Below are positions 33,414-44,086 of a stretch of DNA of 44,905 nt, one piece after another. The translations under genes were made by a program, and so were the position numbers. Position 1 is the first letter of the stretch. Every line of letters starts with the position of its first letter. The notes under the pieces were generated by a model that had not been told where the DNA came from, made no database searches, and saw only the letters and a program-made list of their open reading frames with translations. Origin of the DNA: Candidatus Altimarinota bacterium (GTDB lineage: Bacteria; Patescibacteriota; Gracilibacteria; BD1-5; UBA6164); the NCBI GenBank assembly GCA_043730605.1, contig JAYTJZ010000031.1, positions 1-44,905 of the forward strand, given 5' to 3'.

Positions 33414-34469
33414 ATGACTGACCTCAAACTTTCTGACTTTGACTATCATCTTCCTTTAGAACGCATCGCTCAAACTCCAGCAGAGCCAAGAGATAGTAGC
33501 CGTTTACTTTGTCTTTCTCGACATGATGGACAGATACAAGACAAAGTATTTTCTGATATCGCTGATCTACTTGGAAAAAACGACGTTCTCGTCGTAAACC
33601 AAACTCGAGTCATCTCTGCTCGACTCAAGGGAAAAATACTATGAACTGAGAAAACATGTGAAATCTTTCTTCATAAACAGCTTTCTGAGAATACTTGGGA
33701 ATGTCTTGTATATCCAGGAAAAAAACTTAAAGTCGGAGTTAGGATACTTTTTCCGAGTCCGGACTCGTTTGAGTCCGGAATCAAAGCAACTATCATCTCC
33801 ATCACTGAACACGGACGTATCGTAGAATTTTCTCAAACAGGACAAGCGTTTCTAGATAGTATTGAAGAACTCGGAGAAATTCCCTTGCCTCCATATATCA
33901 AGGGTTCTCAGGCAGATGCAGAACGGTACCAAACAGTATATTCAGATAAAACAAAATCTGGAAGTGTTGCAGCTCCAACGGCTGGACTTCATTTCACTCC
34001 TGAACTTTTGAAAAGATTAGAATCGCGTGGAGTTATCATCGAAAAAGTTACCCTTCAAGTATGACTCGGAACTTTTAAAAATGTAGAGGTAGAGAATATC
34101 AAAAATCATATAATGCACAGTGAACAGATAGAAATAGACAAAAATACAGCAGAGAGACTTAATGACTACAAAAAACAAGGGAAACGAATTATCGCGGTTG
34201 GAACAACGAGTGTTCGTACTCTTGAAAGTTTTTGTACACAAAATGGAACTCTCGAATATGGACAAAAAGACACTCAAATATTTATCTATCCTGGCTATGA
34301 GTGGAGATTTGTAGACAGTATCATCACGAACTTCCATCTTCCGAAATCTACTCTCTTAATGCTTGTTTCAAGTTTTGCAGGCAGTGAAAATATCAAAAAA
34401 GCCTACGAACATGCCGTAGACTCTCAGTACCGTTTTTTTAGTTTTGGTGACGCGATGTGGATATATTAA
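33414..34469 (+). CDS. queA: S-adenosylmethionine:tRNA ribosyltransferase-isomerase
   Basis: [32 protein letters not shown] ... PPYI ... RYQTVY ... [12 protein letters not shown] ... [11 protein letters not shown] ... [17 protein letters not shown] ... [10 protein letters not shown]. ORFs 33414-33644 and 34113-34469 are in frame; only TGAs lie between them. Confidence 0.93.
33755..33782. repeat. REP-like palindrome doublet inside queA (GAGTCCGGACTC-GTTT-GAGTCCGGAATC)
   Basis: One perfect and one 11/12 copy of the 12-bp palindrome found 8 times in the window. Read in frame here as ...PSPDSFESG... Confidence 0.85.
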
Positions 34470-35035
34470 ACCCCTGCCTGAAGTACATGTTGTACTTGCT
34501 CGGAAACAGGAGGAGCTGCTTGTTTTTGTTTATTTGCTCCACTAAAGAGGGTATCTCTATATTTATCTGCGATATTATTGATATACCGTGAGTTTTTGAG
34601 AGGACTCGGAGAGTAAGTCATATCGAAGTTTGGACTTGCCCCTGCAGTGATAATAGTCAAAGTTCCAAAATCAAAAATATTTGCTAAAAGCCCTTTTGTT
34701 TGAACGGTTACTTCTTGTATCTTATCCAAAGTAGTTTCTGATACTATTCTATTGAGAAAAGATTTTTGTTCGATACAGATGATACGGTTATTCGTAAAAA
34801 CGAAGATATCAAGCTCATAGTTAATCCACGTAACATAGAGAAAAAGAGAATAGTACATCCAAAAAACACTTACGAGAAAATAGACAAATCCTCATTGAAT
34901 CACATATAAAAGACAGAAAGTGAAGAATATTCCTGCAAGAGCATAGACTCCGATAAAAGCAAATGCAATCCAGTGACGACGCACTACCATATCTACTTGT
35001 TCATTTGGTCGTAAGTTATGAAGTTGAACTGACAT
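34466..35035 (-). CDS. bacterial PH-domain (YdbS/DUF304-like) membrane protein
   Basis: ATG at 35035-35033. [25 protein letters not shown]..., two TM helices, then the PH-like domain. One in-frame TGA. Its stop overlaps the queA stop by 4 nt. Confidence 0.65.
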
Positions 35036-35044
35036 ATATATCTA

Positions 35045-35617
35045 TTAAGAAATATTTGGTTTTTTTATATAGAGAGGAGCTAATTTTTTGAGTTTTTGAA
35101 ACTCTACTTTCGAAAATATTTCTGATGGAATATATTTTTCTTCCAAAGAAAAACTTCTTTCTTCAAAAAATACATCTGCATTTCCAAAACACCATTTGGT
35201 TTGCTTTGGGATTTTTTTCAAAAACTCATCATTACTCAGTACTTCTATTGTAGCAGATTTTTCCCACTTTACAAACAAATCCTTTTTAGAGCTGGTCTTT
35301 ATGATAGGATATTCTTCATATAAGTCAAAAAACGAGAGTGGAGTCAAAGATATATGTGGATATATATAGGCTATCGTATTTACGACAAGAGTGAGCATAC
35401 GAATGCCTGTAAAACTTCCTGGCCCTACCACGCATACTATGTTTTGTATCTGCTGATAGTCTACTTTTTCTCGCTTCAAAAAATCATCTATCATCGATGG
35501 AAGAGCTTTTCCTTCATTTCCCTGTACAGAAAAAAAATATTCTGATACGAGAGACTTTTTTTGGGTGTAAAGTCCGAGATATCCTCGCTGAGAAACAGCA
35601 TCAAAAAATAAGTACAT
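35045..35617 (-). CDS. tsaB: tRNA t6A biosynthesis protein TsaB (YeaZ family)
   Basis: MYLFFDAVSQRGYLGLY ... VVGPGSFTGIRM, the hallmark GPGSFTGxR motif. Start is taken at the internal Met (35617) of the longer track ORF. Confidence 0.8.
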   Translation of the reverse strand: MYLFFDAVSQRGYLGLYTQKKSLVSEYFFSVQGNEGKALPSMIDDFLKREKVDYQQIQNIVCVVGPGSFTGIRMLTLVVNTIAYIYPHISLTPLSFFDLYEEYPIIKTSSKKDLFVKWEKSATIEVLSNDEFLKKIPKQTKWCFGNADVFFEERSFSLEEKYIPSEIFSKVEFQKLKKLAPLYIKKPNIS

Positions 35618-35741
35618 AGAAAAAATGAAATGAAATAGGTTCGTTCTATAGTAGCAAGAACACGCTTCAAGTAAAGGAGAAATTGTATTTTTGCTTTTTT
35701 TTTCTATAATTGCCACGTTTATTTTTTTGCAGCAAAAAGAT

Positions 35742-38700
35742 ATGTCTTTGACAGCTCTCGAACCACATTTTCACTATACTCATGCAGGAGACTTTTTTTC
35801 AAAACTCCTATTTTTGCAAGCAAGTGCAAAAAAGTATGGATATATCCTCCATATCGTTGAAAGTTTCGACCTCCAAAAAAAATACATAAAAATAGCTTCT
35901 GATCTCAATATCTCCTATCACCTTCTCGAAAGCTATCATGATATCCTCTCGCTTTGAGGGAGAAGTGGAGAAATAGGAAGTCTCTGTATCGAAGAAATTC
36001 ATACGACTCTCTGTCAAAAACAACTCGCTGCAACTCTTGGAGTGCAAGTAGGACAACATGGATCTATGGAAGATATGATGAAAGCGCTCCAAGAACTTCA
36101 CTATGAATATCACGAGTATGAAAAAGTTGGAAGTTATTCTCGAAAAGGAGATATCATAAAAATATACCTTCCGAAGAGTGGAAGTATCACGATAAATTTT
36201 TGGGGGAATGAAGTAGAATCTTTGGAACTTTCTTCTTGAGAAAAGCCTCTTTCTTATAGTCTTTTTTCTCTGGAAAAGCTCTGAAATGGAAATGCGTTTT
36301 GCTCAAAACTCTCTGATTTTTTAAAAGAAAAACAGATATTTTTTATCCTTGATATGCTGGAGTTTCATACTGATTTTGAAATACTCAGTCAACTTCCCTA
36401 TCACTCATCTAGTTTTTGAATTCTCGGAACGCAAGAAAGAAATACTCAAGATCTTTGTATCAAGTGAATCGTATGCAATTCTCTCGAAGAACTTCGAAAT
36501 CTTCTTGCTTCAAAAAAAAATACCCTACAGATCTTTACTCGACATCTCAAAATGATGGAAGAATTTTTACGAGATAATGCTCTATGACATATCTCAGTCC
36601 AACTCGTTCATACTCCTTTGTTATCGAGTTTTTCACAAAAAACGATCAATGATATGTCTCCTCTCTTTCTGTGTGACGACATTATAAATAAGATATTTAT
36701 CAAGCGTAGACTCAAGAAAAAGCTTTCTGTCGATGTAGATCTTTTGCTCAAAATACAAAATGGTGACTATATTGTCCACATTGACCACGGAATCGGGATT
36801 TTTAAAGAAATCGTAAAAAAGAAACTTCCTTCACCTTCTGGAGCTCAAAGTATAGAAAAAGAATACCTCGAAATACACTACCAAAAAGAGGATAAACTCT
36901 TCGTTCCTATCACCGAGGTACACCGAGTGAGTAAGTATATCGGAAAAGAAAACCCAGAACTCACTCCACTATGAGGAAAAGTATGGGAAAAAAAGATGAA
37001 GAAGATTCATGAAGATATCAGAGAAATAGCTGAAGAACTTCTCAAAAACTTTGCAGAACGAAAGGCTCGCGGTGGAAACTCCAATATCTTTTTCGAAGAA
37101 AAAATACTTGAGTTTCAAAGAGAATTCGCCTACATCTATACCGAAGACCAGCAGTACAGTATCGATGATATTTTCAAAGATATGTGCTCTACAAAAAATA
37201 TGGATCGACTGCTCGTCGGAGATGTAGGTTTTGGAAAGACAGAAGTAGCTTTCTCTGCTGCCTATCTCGCTCTACTCAATAAAAAACAAGTCATCCTCAT
37301 CTCTCCTCTTGTAGTTCTCGCTCACGAACACTACAGTAAGGCTCTCGAACGTTTTGCTCACTTTGGAGTACGCATCGAAGTTCTTACACGTTTACAAAGC
37401 CAAGCTCATGCAAATCGAGTCATACGAGGACTTGCTGATGGAAGTATTGATATGGTGATAGGAACACATCGTCTGCTTTCTGAAAAGCTGAGTTGGAAAC
37501 GTCTCGGGCTTCTGATCGTCGATGAAGAACATAAGTTCGGAGTCATAGATAAAGAAAAGATTAAACATATTAAATCGGATATCGACATTCTTTCCCTTTC
37601 TGCGACCCCTATTCCTCGCAGTCTCAATCTAGCACTGAGTGGAGTACGTGATATATCTCTGCTCAAAACTCCTCCCAATGGAAGAAAAAGTATAGAAACT
37701 TATGTGACACGCTATAACGAAGCTATCATCAAAGATGCTGGAGAAAAAGAGTTTGCTCGTGGTGGACAAATATTTTTTGTCCATAATCGAGTGTCAAATA
37801 TAGAAGTCATCAAGAAACAGCTCGAAGCTCTCTTTCCTCGAAAAAAAGTAGTGATCACTCATGGACAACTTCCTGGGGATGAGCTCGAAGATAGGATTTT
37901 AGACTTCAAAAATAAAAAATACGATATTCTGCTTTCTACTACGGTTATCGAAAATGGAATAGACTTTTCAAATGTAAATACCATATTCATCAATGAATGT
38001 CAAACATTTGGAATTTCTCAGATACACCAGCTTCGAGGACGAGTAGGTCGCTCTGATGCTCAAGGATACTGTTATCTGCTCTATCGTAAAGAACATCTCG
38101 ATATCGAAGCAGCGAAGCGTATCCAGACAATTGTCGACTATAGCTATCTTGGAGCAGGATTTGAGCTTGCGATGAAAGATCTCGAAATACGAGGAGGAGG
38201 AGATATCCTCTGAGTCAAACAAAGTGGACAAGCTCAAGAGATAGGAGTTTCTCTTTTCCTTAAAATGCTCGAAGAAAAGATAGAAGATCTCAAAAATAAT
38301 CGTGGAGATGAAAACAGTAAGATGAGTCCGGACTCGAATCGAGTCCGGACTCAAGTTGAGCTAGCGATTACTGCAGGGATTCCAGATAGTTTTTTCCTTT
38401 CCGAAACGGATAAACTTCACTTTTACCGAGAAATAGAAATGATAGACGATATCGAAGATCTCGCATATCTCAAGGAAAGTTTTTTCGAAAATATGCAAGA
38501 GGATATGATACTTCCTGAAGAAACCAAGCATCTTTTTATGCTTTTAGAAACACAGATACTCGCACGAAACTATCATATAAAAACGATACGACGAGTCGGA
38601 GTCAACTACCAGATAGAGTTTCAAGGAGAAAATATAGACATCCTCAAATCACTGCTTGCTGTTGATCATGAAGTTCGTTTTCAAGTGATAGACATATCAA

Positions 38701-38825
38701 AATTACGAAGTCCTACAAAACTTTTTGCAAATGACAAATTTTTCATAGAATATGTTCTGTGAATTTTGCAAGGAAAGTCTGGAATATCAAAAAAAATCAA
38801 ACTTATCTCAAAATCTCGCTCATAA
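35742..38825 (+). CDS. mfd: transcription-repair coupling factor
   Basis: ORFs 35691-35957, 36042-36239, 36618-36974, 36996-38213 and 38265-38762 share one frame. CarD-like GDYIVHIDHGIG. Helicase motifs GDVGFGKTEVA, DEEHKFG, LSATPIPR, QLRGRVGRS. RGGGDILG(TGA 38211-38213)VKQSG. Real stop is TAA 38823-38825. Confidence 0.93.
38324..38352. repeat. REP-like palindrome doublet inside mfd (GAGTCCGGACTC-GAATC-GAGTCCGGACTC)
   Basis: Two perfect copies, read in frame as ...KMSPDSNRVRTQ... in a linker region of Mfd. Confidence 0.85.
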
Positions 38826-38842
38826 TATCTAACTCTTTATTT

Positions 38843-39439
38843 ATGAAAAAAACATACGTGCTTATAGCCCTTGTTTTCCTCGCAACCCTCGTAAGTTGTG
38901 GAAAAGTAAGCTCTCCAGAAGGAGAACTTCCAAGTGGAAGTGGAACAACTTTAGAAACTAACTCTGGAACAACTATGGCAAATCTCAGTGGAAGTGTTGT
39001 TATTGACACAAACCCAGCCCTTGCTGGAAAAACTCTTAATTTTGAAGTAGAAATGATGAAAATCACAAAATCTGCTTTAGGAACAACTGCAGACACGGTA
39101 GAAAAAGGAGATCAAGTAGAAGTACACTATACTGGAAAAGAAGAAGACACTGGAACTATGTTCGATACTTCACGAGGAAAAGATCCTCTTGCTTTCACAG
39201 TAGGAATAGGTCAAATGATTCCTGGATTTGATGCTGGAGTAGTGGGAATGAAAATCGGAGAAAAAAAGACTCTTATCCTTGCTCCAAAAGACGCATATGG
39301 AGAATATGACGAAACTAAAAAACAAACTGTCCCTAAGTCTGAGCTTTCAAGCTTTGTTGCTGCAGGATACAAACTTGAGGTAGGAGAAAAACTCCCAACT
39401 CAATATGGTGAGTTTGAGATAGTAGAAGTTATCGAGTAA
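38843..39439 (+). CDS. FKBP-type (SlyD-like) peptidyl-prolyl isomerase lipoprotein
   Basis: Lipobox LVSC at the N-terminus. GDQVEVHYTGKEEDTGTMFDTS...PLAFTVGIGQMIPGFDAGVVGMKIGEKK...DAYGEYDE. Confidence 0.85.
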   Translation: MKKTYVLIALVFLATLVSCGKVSSPEGELPSGSGTTLETNSGTTMANLSGSVVIDTNPALAGKTLNFEVEMMKITKSALGTTADTVEKGDQVEVHYTGKEEDTGTMFDTSRGKDPLAFTVGIGQMIPGFDAGVVGMKIGEKKTLILAPKDAYGEYDETKKQTVPKSELSSFVAAGYKLEVGEKLPTQYGEFEIVEVIE

Positions 39440-39462
39440 TACAAAGACTCACTTCACATAAC

Positions 39463-39492
39463 AAAAAACCCTCGCATATGCGAGGGTTTTTT
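39463..39492. terminator. rho-independent terminator after the FKBP gene
   Basis: A-run, CCCTCGCATATGCGAGGG palindrome, T-run. Confidence 0.7.
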
Positions 39493-39523
39493 AGTGTTTT
39501 CTAAAACCCCGGGGTTCTATAAA

Positions 39524-40045
39524 TTAGTATTCAATTTCCGTCAAAATCATATCTTTGTAGTCTCAAAGCTTTTCTTTCTGAGTAAGTTGGTGGTAGCTTG
39601 TCCAAGGATAATCTTCGATTCGTGAAACTATCTCATGTTTAAGTGCATTAAAGTTCACGTATGCTATACATTGTGCAAGATACTGTTCATCTGCGATATG
39701 TTTTGCATGGAAACGTCACTCAAATAAAGGTCATTTCAAATTATATGAGTCCGGACTCAATTGTTTATATCTTGCTCGATAGTACATAGTATATCATTGT
39801 TGTATCTTTCTCATAAAATCAGATATTTCGAGTCCGGACTCAGAAGTTATAATAAAATGGAAGTGATTTGGAAGAAAAGTATACGAACATATTTTTATAC
39901 TTGGAAACTCTTTATTATAACGAATAATAGTTTTATAAAATCGATTAAAATCAAGTACATCATGAAATAAGATATGTTTTCAATACCCTCTATTATAAAT
40001 ATGATAATACTCTTTTTCTAGAAGTGCTTGTTTTCGTATAGGCAT
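39524..40045 (-). CDS. RAYT-like Y1 (HUH) transposase, IS200-like / REP-associated tyrosine transposase family
   Basis: ATG 40045-40043 to TAA 39526-39524, 522 nt, five in-frame TGAs and no TAA/TAG. MPIRKQALLEKEYYHIYNRGYGKHILF ... FLPNHFHFII (HUH) ... KGPLFEGRFHAKHI ... YLAQCIAYVNFNALKH (catalytic Tyr region) ... DYPWTSY. Confidence 0.8.
39747..39758. repeat. REP-like palindrome GAGTCCGGACTC inside the RAYT gene
   Basis: Perfect copy, read in frame as LSPDSY. Confidence 0.85.
39830..39841. repeat. REP-like palindrome GAGTCCGGACTC inside the RAYT gene
   Basis: Perfect copy, read in frame as SESGLE, directly after the HUH motif. Confidence 0.85.
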
Positions 40046-40114
40046 GATAAACTCAAACTCATATAATATATACGTATTATATTCTCTTATATACTTAAAT
40101 CAAGTTTTATAACA

Positions 40115-40160
40115 GAGTCCGGACTCAACTAAAGAATCAGTTTCATTTGAGTCCGGACTC
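40115..40160. repeat. REP-like palindrome pair upstream of the RAYT gene (two perfect copies 22 nt apart)
   Basis: GAGTCCGGACTC at 40115-40126 and 40149-40160, in the non-coding region 5' of the transposase. Confidence 0.85.
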
Positions 40161-40190
40161 GTAGATCTCACTCTTCCCAGAATACACAAC

Positions 40191-40220
40191 AAAACCCCCT
40201 CTCTTTCGAGAGGGGGTTTT
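40191..40220. terminator. rho-independent terminator downstream of the surface-protein gene
   Basis: AAAA, CCCCCTCTC-TTTC-GAGAGGGGG hairpin, TTTT. Confidence 0.7.
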
Positions 40221-40276
40221 GACGAAGTTTCTATTTCTAGAAAACTATTCGATATTCATCTAAGAACTATAAGTGA

Positions 40277-43200
40277 CTAGTTAGAGTCAGCGTATTGTCC
40301 GATAGAAAGAGTATTTTCAAGTTTAGTAGTAGTAGCACCTACACCGTTGATAGTGTAAGTAACTCCATTTTTAGCAACTCGGAATGAACCTTCAGCAGTA
40401 GTCTCTATTCGGTATACTTCGTTATTATTTCCGATAGAATCAGAAGCAATAGCTACGTTTACAGTAGAATTACCAAGAGCAACAGCAGCAGTACCAACTG
40501 AATCACCGTTTCCGTTGAATACAGTAACATTACCAATAACCGTTACAGAAGAAGCTTCAAGAGTAAGGATAGTCATTTCAGCTTGAACTGAGTCTCCAGC
40601 GAGAGTAGTATTAGCACCACCATCAACTACGAGTCGAAGTTCAGCATTTTGATCATCTGTACCAAAGCTAGAAACAACAGCAGGAGTAACTACAGCAGAA
40701 ACTATAGCAAGAGTTTTTGAAACAGTTGCAGTAGCAAGATTACCAGTAGTTTTTCCTGACTCAGCACCTTCTGCATCAGAAAGAAGAACGTTTGTTACAG
40801 TAAGGCTAGGTTGAGCCGCACCAACAAAGTTTTTTCCGATAGTTGCAGTATTAAGTTGAAGAGCAAGTTCTTGAGTTGTTTCTGGGATAAGAAGTCCAGT
40901 GATATCTTCGAATATGATAGTACCAACAGCACCAACATTAGAAATATCAGAGTTTGCGTTTGTAGCAACTACTTTTCCGTTAAGGAGAAGAGAAGCGCTA
41001 ACGATAGAATTCTTAAGAGTTCCAGTAACTCAACCAAGAGTGAAAGTAACTGTTTCAACATCTACTTCTTCGTTATCAGCTCGAACATCCCATGAAGCAA
41101 TAACTTTTGATCCTCCTGCAAGAGCAAGTTTATCAAATTCATTATCTTCATTCGCAGCGTCAAGAGCAAGAGTAGCAAGAGTTCCAGAGTTATTTACAGT
41201 CACGTCTCGTGCTGAAGTAATAGGAAGACCAACAACATTGATATCATCATTTTCATCATCTTCGATGCTGATAGAAGTAAGAGAAACTGTATAATCAGAA
41301 TTCGTTACTGCATCAGGACCGTCAACAAATGAAAGAGTTACTACGAAAGTTTGAGTTCCGTTAGCAGCAATAGCTACGTCACCCATATCATCGAAAGTAG
41401 CCTCACCAAGGTTAGAAATAGATCCTTCGCTATCAAGAAGATTTCCAGCAGAAACAGAACCCTTATAGAGTTTTACTTCTGAAACTTCTTGTTTTGAAGC
41501 AAGAGCTCCAATACTTGCATCATTTACTCGAACTGTCATTTCAGTTACGAGAAGTGAGCTTACTTGTTCTGCTTCTACTTCAAATTGAAGAGCAACAACA
41601 TCTTTAGCACCTCGTACTACATCAGTATCAGAAAGTGGGAAAAGATTTACTTGAGCTCCTGATTCTGAACCATCAATCGTATTGAAAGAAAGGCTAGAGG
41701 GAGTTTTATCAGTTACTTCTTCGTCATCAGCAGTTTCAACAACTTTTACATCATTTGAAACATCCACTGAAACATCAAAACTTGCAGCATCAAAGCGTGC
41801 AATATCTTGTGCAGTATCAGCTCGGATAGACCAAGTGGTAGTCCCTTCTGGGATCATAACATCGATATTTGTATCTGAGAAAGTAGCAGTAGTAATATTA
41901 CCAGCAGTAGCAACAGTACCAGCAGTAAGTTCGTATGAAGAACCTGTGTCTACATTGTAAAGTTCTACATCTTCAAGAGCTTGAATTACAGTAAGAGAAC
42001 CTCCTAGTAGATCAACTGTACCAAGATCAGCAACACCACCGTTATCAAGGGCAATGATAACTCCAAATTCTTGCATTTCAAGAGCTTGTCCTGAAACGTT
42101 TGTAACTTTTACTGAACCAAGTACTACATTATCCTTATCTTCTCGTACTTCATCAAGTACTGCATCAACTTCCACGAAGGTAAGTTCACCAGCTTGAAGA
42201 ACGATAGAAGGAGGAGTAATACCTGAAATATCTACTGCAGCTCCGAAACCAAATTTCGTAGAGTTAGCAGTTACGTCGAGAGAAGCATCGATATCGAAAG
42301 AGATCGTATCTCCAGCTCCATCTACTACGTCAGCTCGAACTGTAAAGTCTTCATTTTTATCTTCCATGATAGTAAGTCCTCCTCCAAGATTGAAAGTAAG
42401 ATAATCACCAACCATAGATTTAGTAGTAGCAACTACTTTAGTACCCATAAGAAGTTCGAAGTTCAAAAGATCATCACTTGCATCTGAAGAACCTTCAAAT
42501 GTAATAGATTTGAGAATTACATCTTCTTCTGAGTCACCGTCGATTTCAAATTCGAAGATGTCAGCACCTTGTTCTCCAAGATTTGGGTTAGCAACTGTTC
42601 CTCCGTTTGAGAAAACGATTTGAGGAGCGTTAACAGAACCTACTCTCATAAGGTTTGAAGTAACTGTTCCATCCATAGTTACGTCACCGTTAGCGATAAC
42701 ATCAACTATTTGTAGAGCAAATTCATCATTTGCAGAGAGTAATACTGGAGCAACATCAACTACAACAGAAAGAGTTACTGTTTTACCAGCTGGTACAACA
42801 ACACCTCCATTATCAAGGTTGATTTGAGCTACTGTATCATTTTCTTGGTTGTCTGATTTAGCATTTGAAACTCGTCCTTCAGCAGTGAAGATAGCGAGAG
42901 ATTCAAGAGTATCTTTATCAGAAAGACCTGTTCTCTTAATAGAGATTTGAGTTACTGTAACATCTGAGTCACCAGCAGTGAAATCAAACTTCGCAGCAGT
43001 AATACCGTTTGCTCGTCCAGGAATAGTAGCAGCAGCTGGAGTAAGTGGAGAAAGAGAAACTTCAAGTTCTCCGTCACCTACAACAACACCAGTACCAGTA
43101 TCATCATCCTCTTCGTCATCCTCACAAGTTCCGAGAATAGCACAAAGAAGATCATCTTCTACAGCAGTATCTTCAGCGTCGATTGCGTTAGCAGCCCAGA

Positions 43201-43729
43201 TGAAGTATTGCCCTCGAGTAACAGCAGTATCGTAGTCAGTGAAAGCAGCATCAGCTACCCCCATTTCTACAGCAGCAGCAACATATCCTGCTCTCCAGTC
43301 TGCATTATCCATTCTTTCAAGATCTCGACCTTGAAATACCATTTTTAATGCTTCAATCTTAGAAAGAAGTCTGTCTGGACTAAAAGTTGCGTTTGCAGCA
43401 ACCATACCATTTGCAAGAGCTGTTTCAGCATATTTACATGCCCAGTTAGTTGTAAATAGGTCTGCGAATTTTCCTGCACAGTTGTCAACAACAGTGATAG
43501 ATGAAATATTCATCATAACTTTTACCCCTTCTTTTCTTGGAAGATTGTCTCCAAGTCGGTAATCCGCAGGATTAGTTGACTTATCAACGATTACTCCGAG
43601 AGTAGAAAGTTTGTTTGCTGATTCCAACGAAGTGAAAGCAGCAGAAACTCCAGCGATAGGGCTAACTATAGAAAAAACTATAGCGAGAGCCGCAACCGTA
43701 GAAGTAACTTTTTTAACGAAAGTACTCAT
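40277..43729 (-). CDS. giant S-layer-like cell-surface protein (about 1150 aa): signal peptide, SLH-like anchor module, acidic linker, repeated beta-rich modules
   Basis: ORFs 41030-43729 and 40277-40576 are in frame. The only interruption is TGA 41030-41032. N-terminus MSTFVKKVTSTVAALAIVFSIVSPIAGVSA. Composition rich in T/V/S/A/D/G/N, typical of S-layer and adhesin beta-sandwich arrays. Confidence 0.8.
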
Positions 43730-43814
43730 AGTTTATACGAGTTACAAAATAAAATCTAGTGATCCCTCAATGTACGGTTAAAGCCTTAACCCATAGTCGT
43801 TATGCGCACAACTA

Positions 43815-43859
43815 GGGGGAGAAAGTATTTCTTGTAGAAGCTCAAAATACCTTCTCCCC
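43815..43859 (-). other. long imperfect hairpin in the 5' leader of the surface-protein gene
   Basis: GGGGAGAAAGTATTT ... AAATACCTTCTCCCC (15-bp stem, one mismatch) inside the roughly 350-nt non-coding region between pilC and the surface-protein ATG. Confidence 0.4.
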
Positions 43860-44040
43860 AGAGTCGTACCTACATAAGGAGTATGAGAAATACTCACTGG
43901 AAGCGCGAAAAAAACTTCAAAAGAGAAGTTTAAAAATCGGGTCACGTTAAGGACCAAAATATAACAGGTGCAATCATATCCTATTTCCCTCTCTATGCAA
44001 ATGATTTCCTATGTTTTTCACCCATTCTTCACACAAGAAA

Positions 44041-44073
44041 AACAAAAACCCCGAGGTGATTTTCACCTCGGGG
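44041..44073 (-). terminator. rho-independent terminator after pilC
   Basis: CCCCGAGGTG-ATTTT-CACCTCGGGG hairpin. On the minus strand it is followed by TTTTTGTTTTT. Confidence 0.75.
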
Positions 44074-44086
44074 TTGAGAAATAGAA

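Noticed and set aside
39505-39516. AACCCCGGGGTT palindrome considered as a second REP family.
   Set aside because: It is a single copy in the window, located right after the RAYT stop and next to the FKBP terminator. It is more likely part of the local terminator structure.
33755-40160. Repeated GAGTCCGGACTC copies considered as a possible CRISPR array.
   Set aside because: The repeat is only 12 bp, the spacing is irregular (4 nt to several kb), copies lie inside coding genes, and no cas genes are present. A REP/RAYT-type element fits better.
40811-43235. Plus-strand ORFs (40811-41095, 40899-41294, 41682-41960, 42978-43235) antisense to the surface-protein gene.
   Set aside because: They give low-complexity Ser/Thr/Ala-rich translations, typical of the antisense frame of a compositionally biased gene. 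The minus-strand ORF is continuous for 1150 codons with a signal peptide.
43730-44040. Looked for SRP RNA, RNase P, tmRNA or 6S RNA signatures in the long non-coding region.
   Set aside because: I could not find any diagnostic motif by eye, such as the SRP domain IV GGAA/AGCA loops or the RNase P GAGGAAAGUCC motif. It is reported only as a structured leader candidate.
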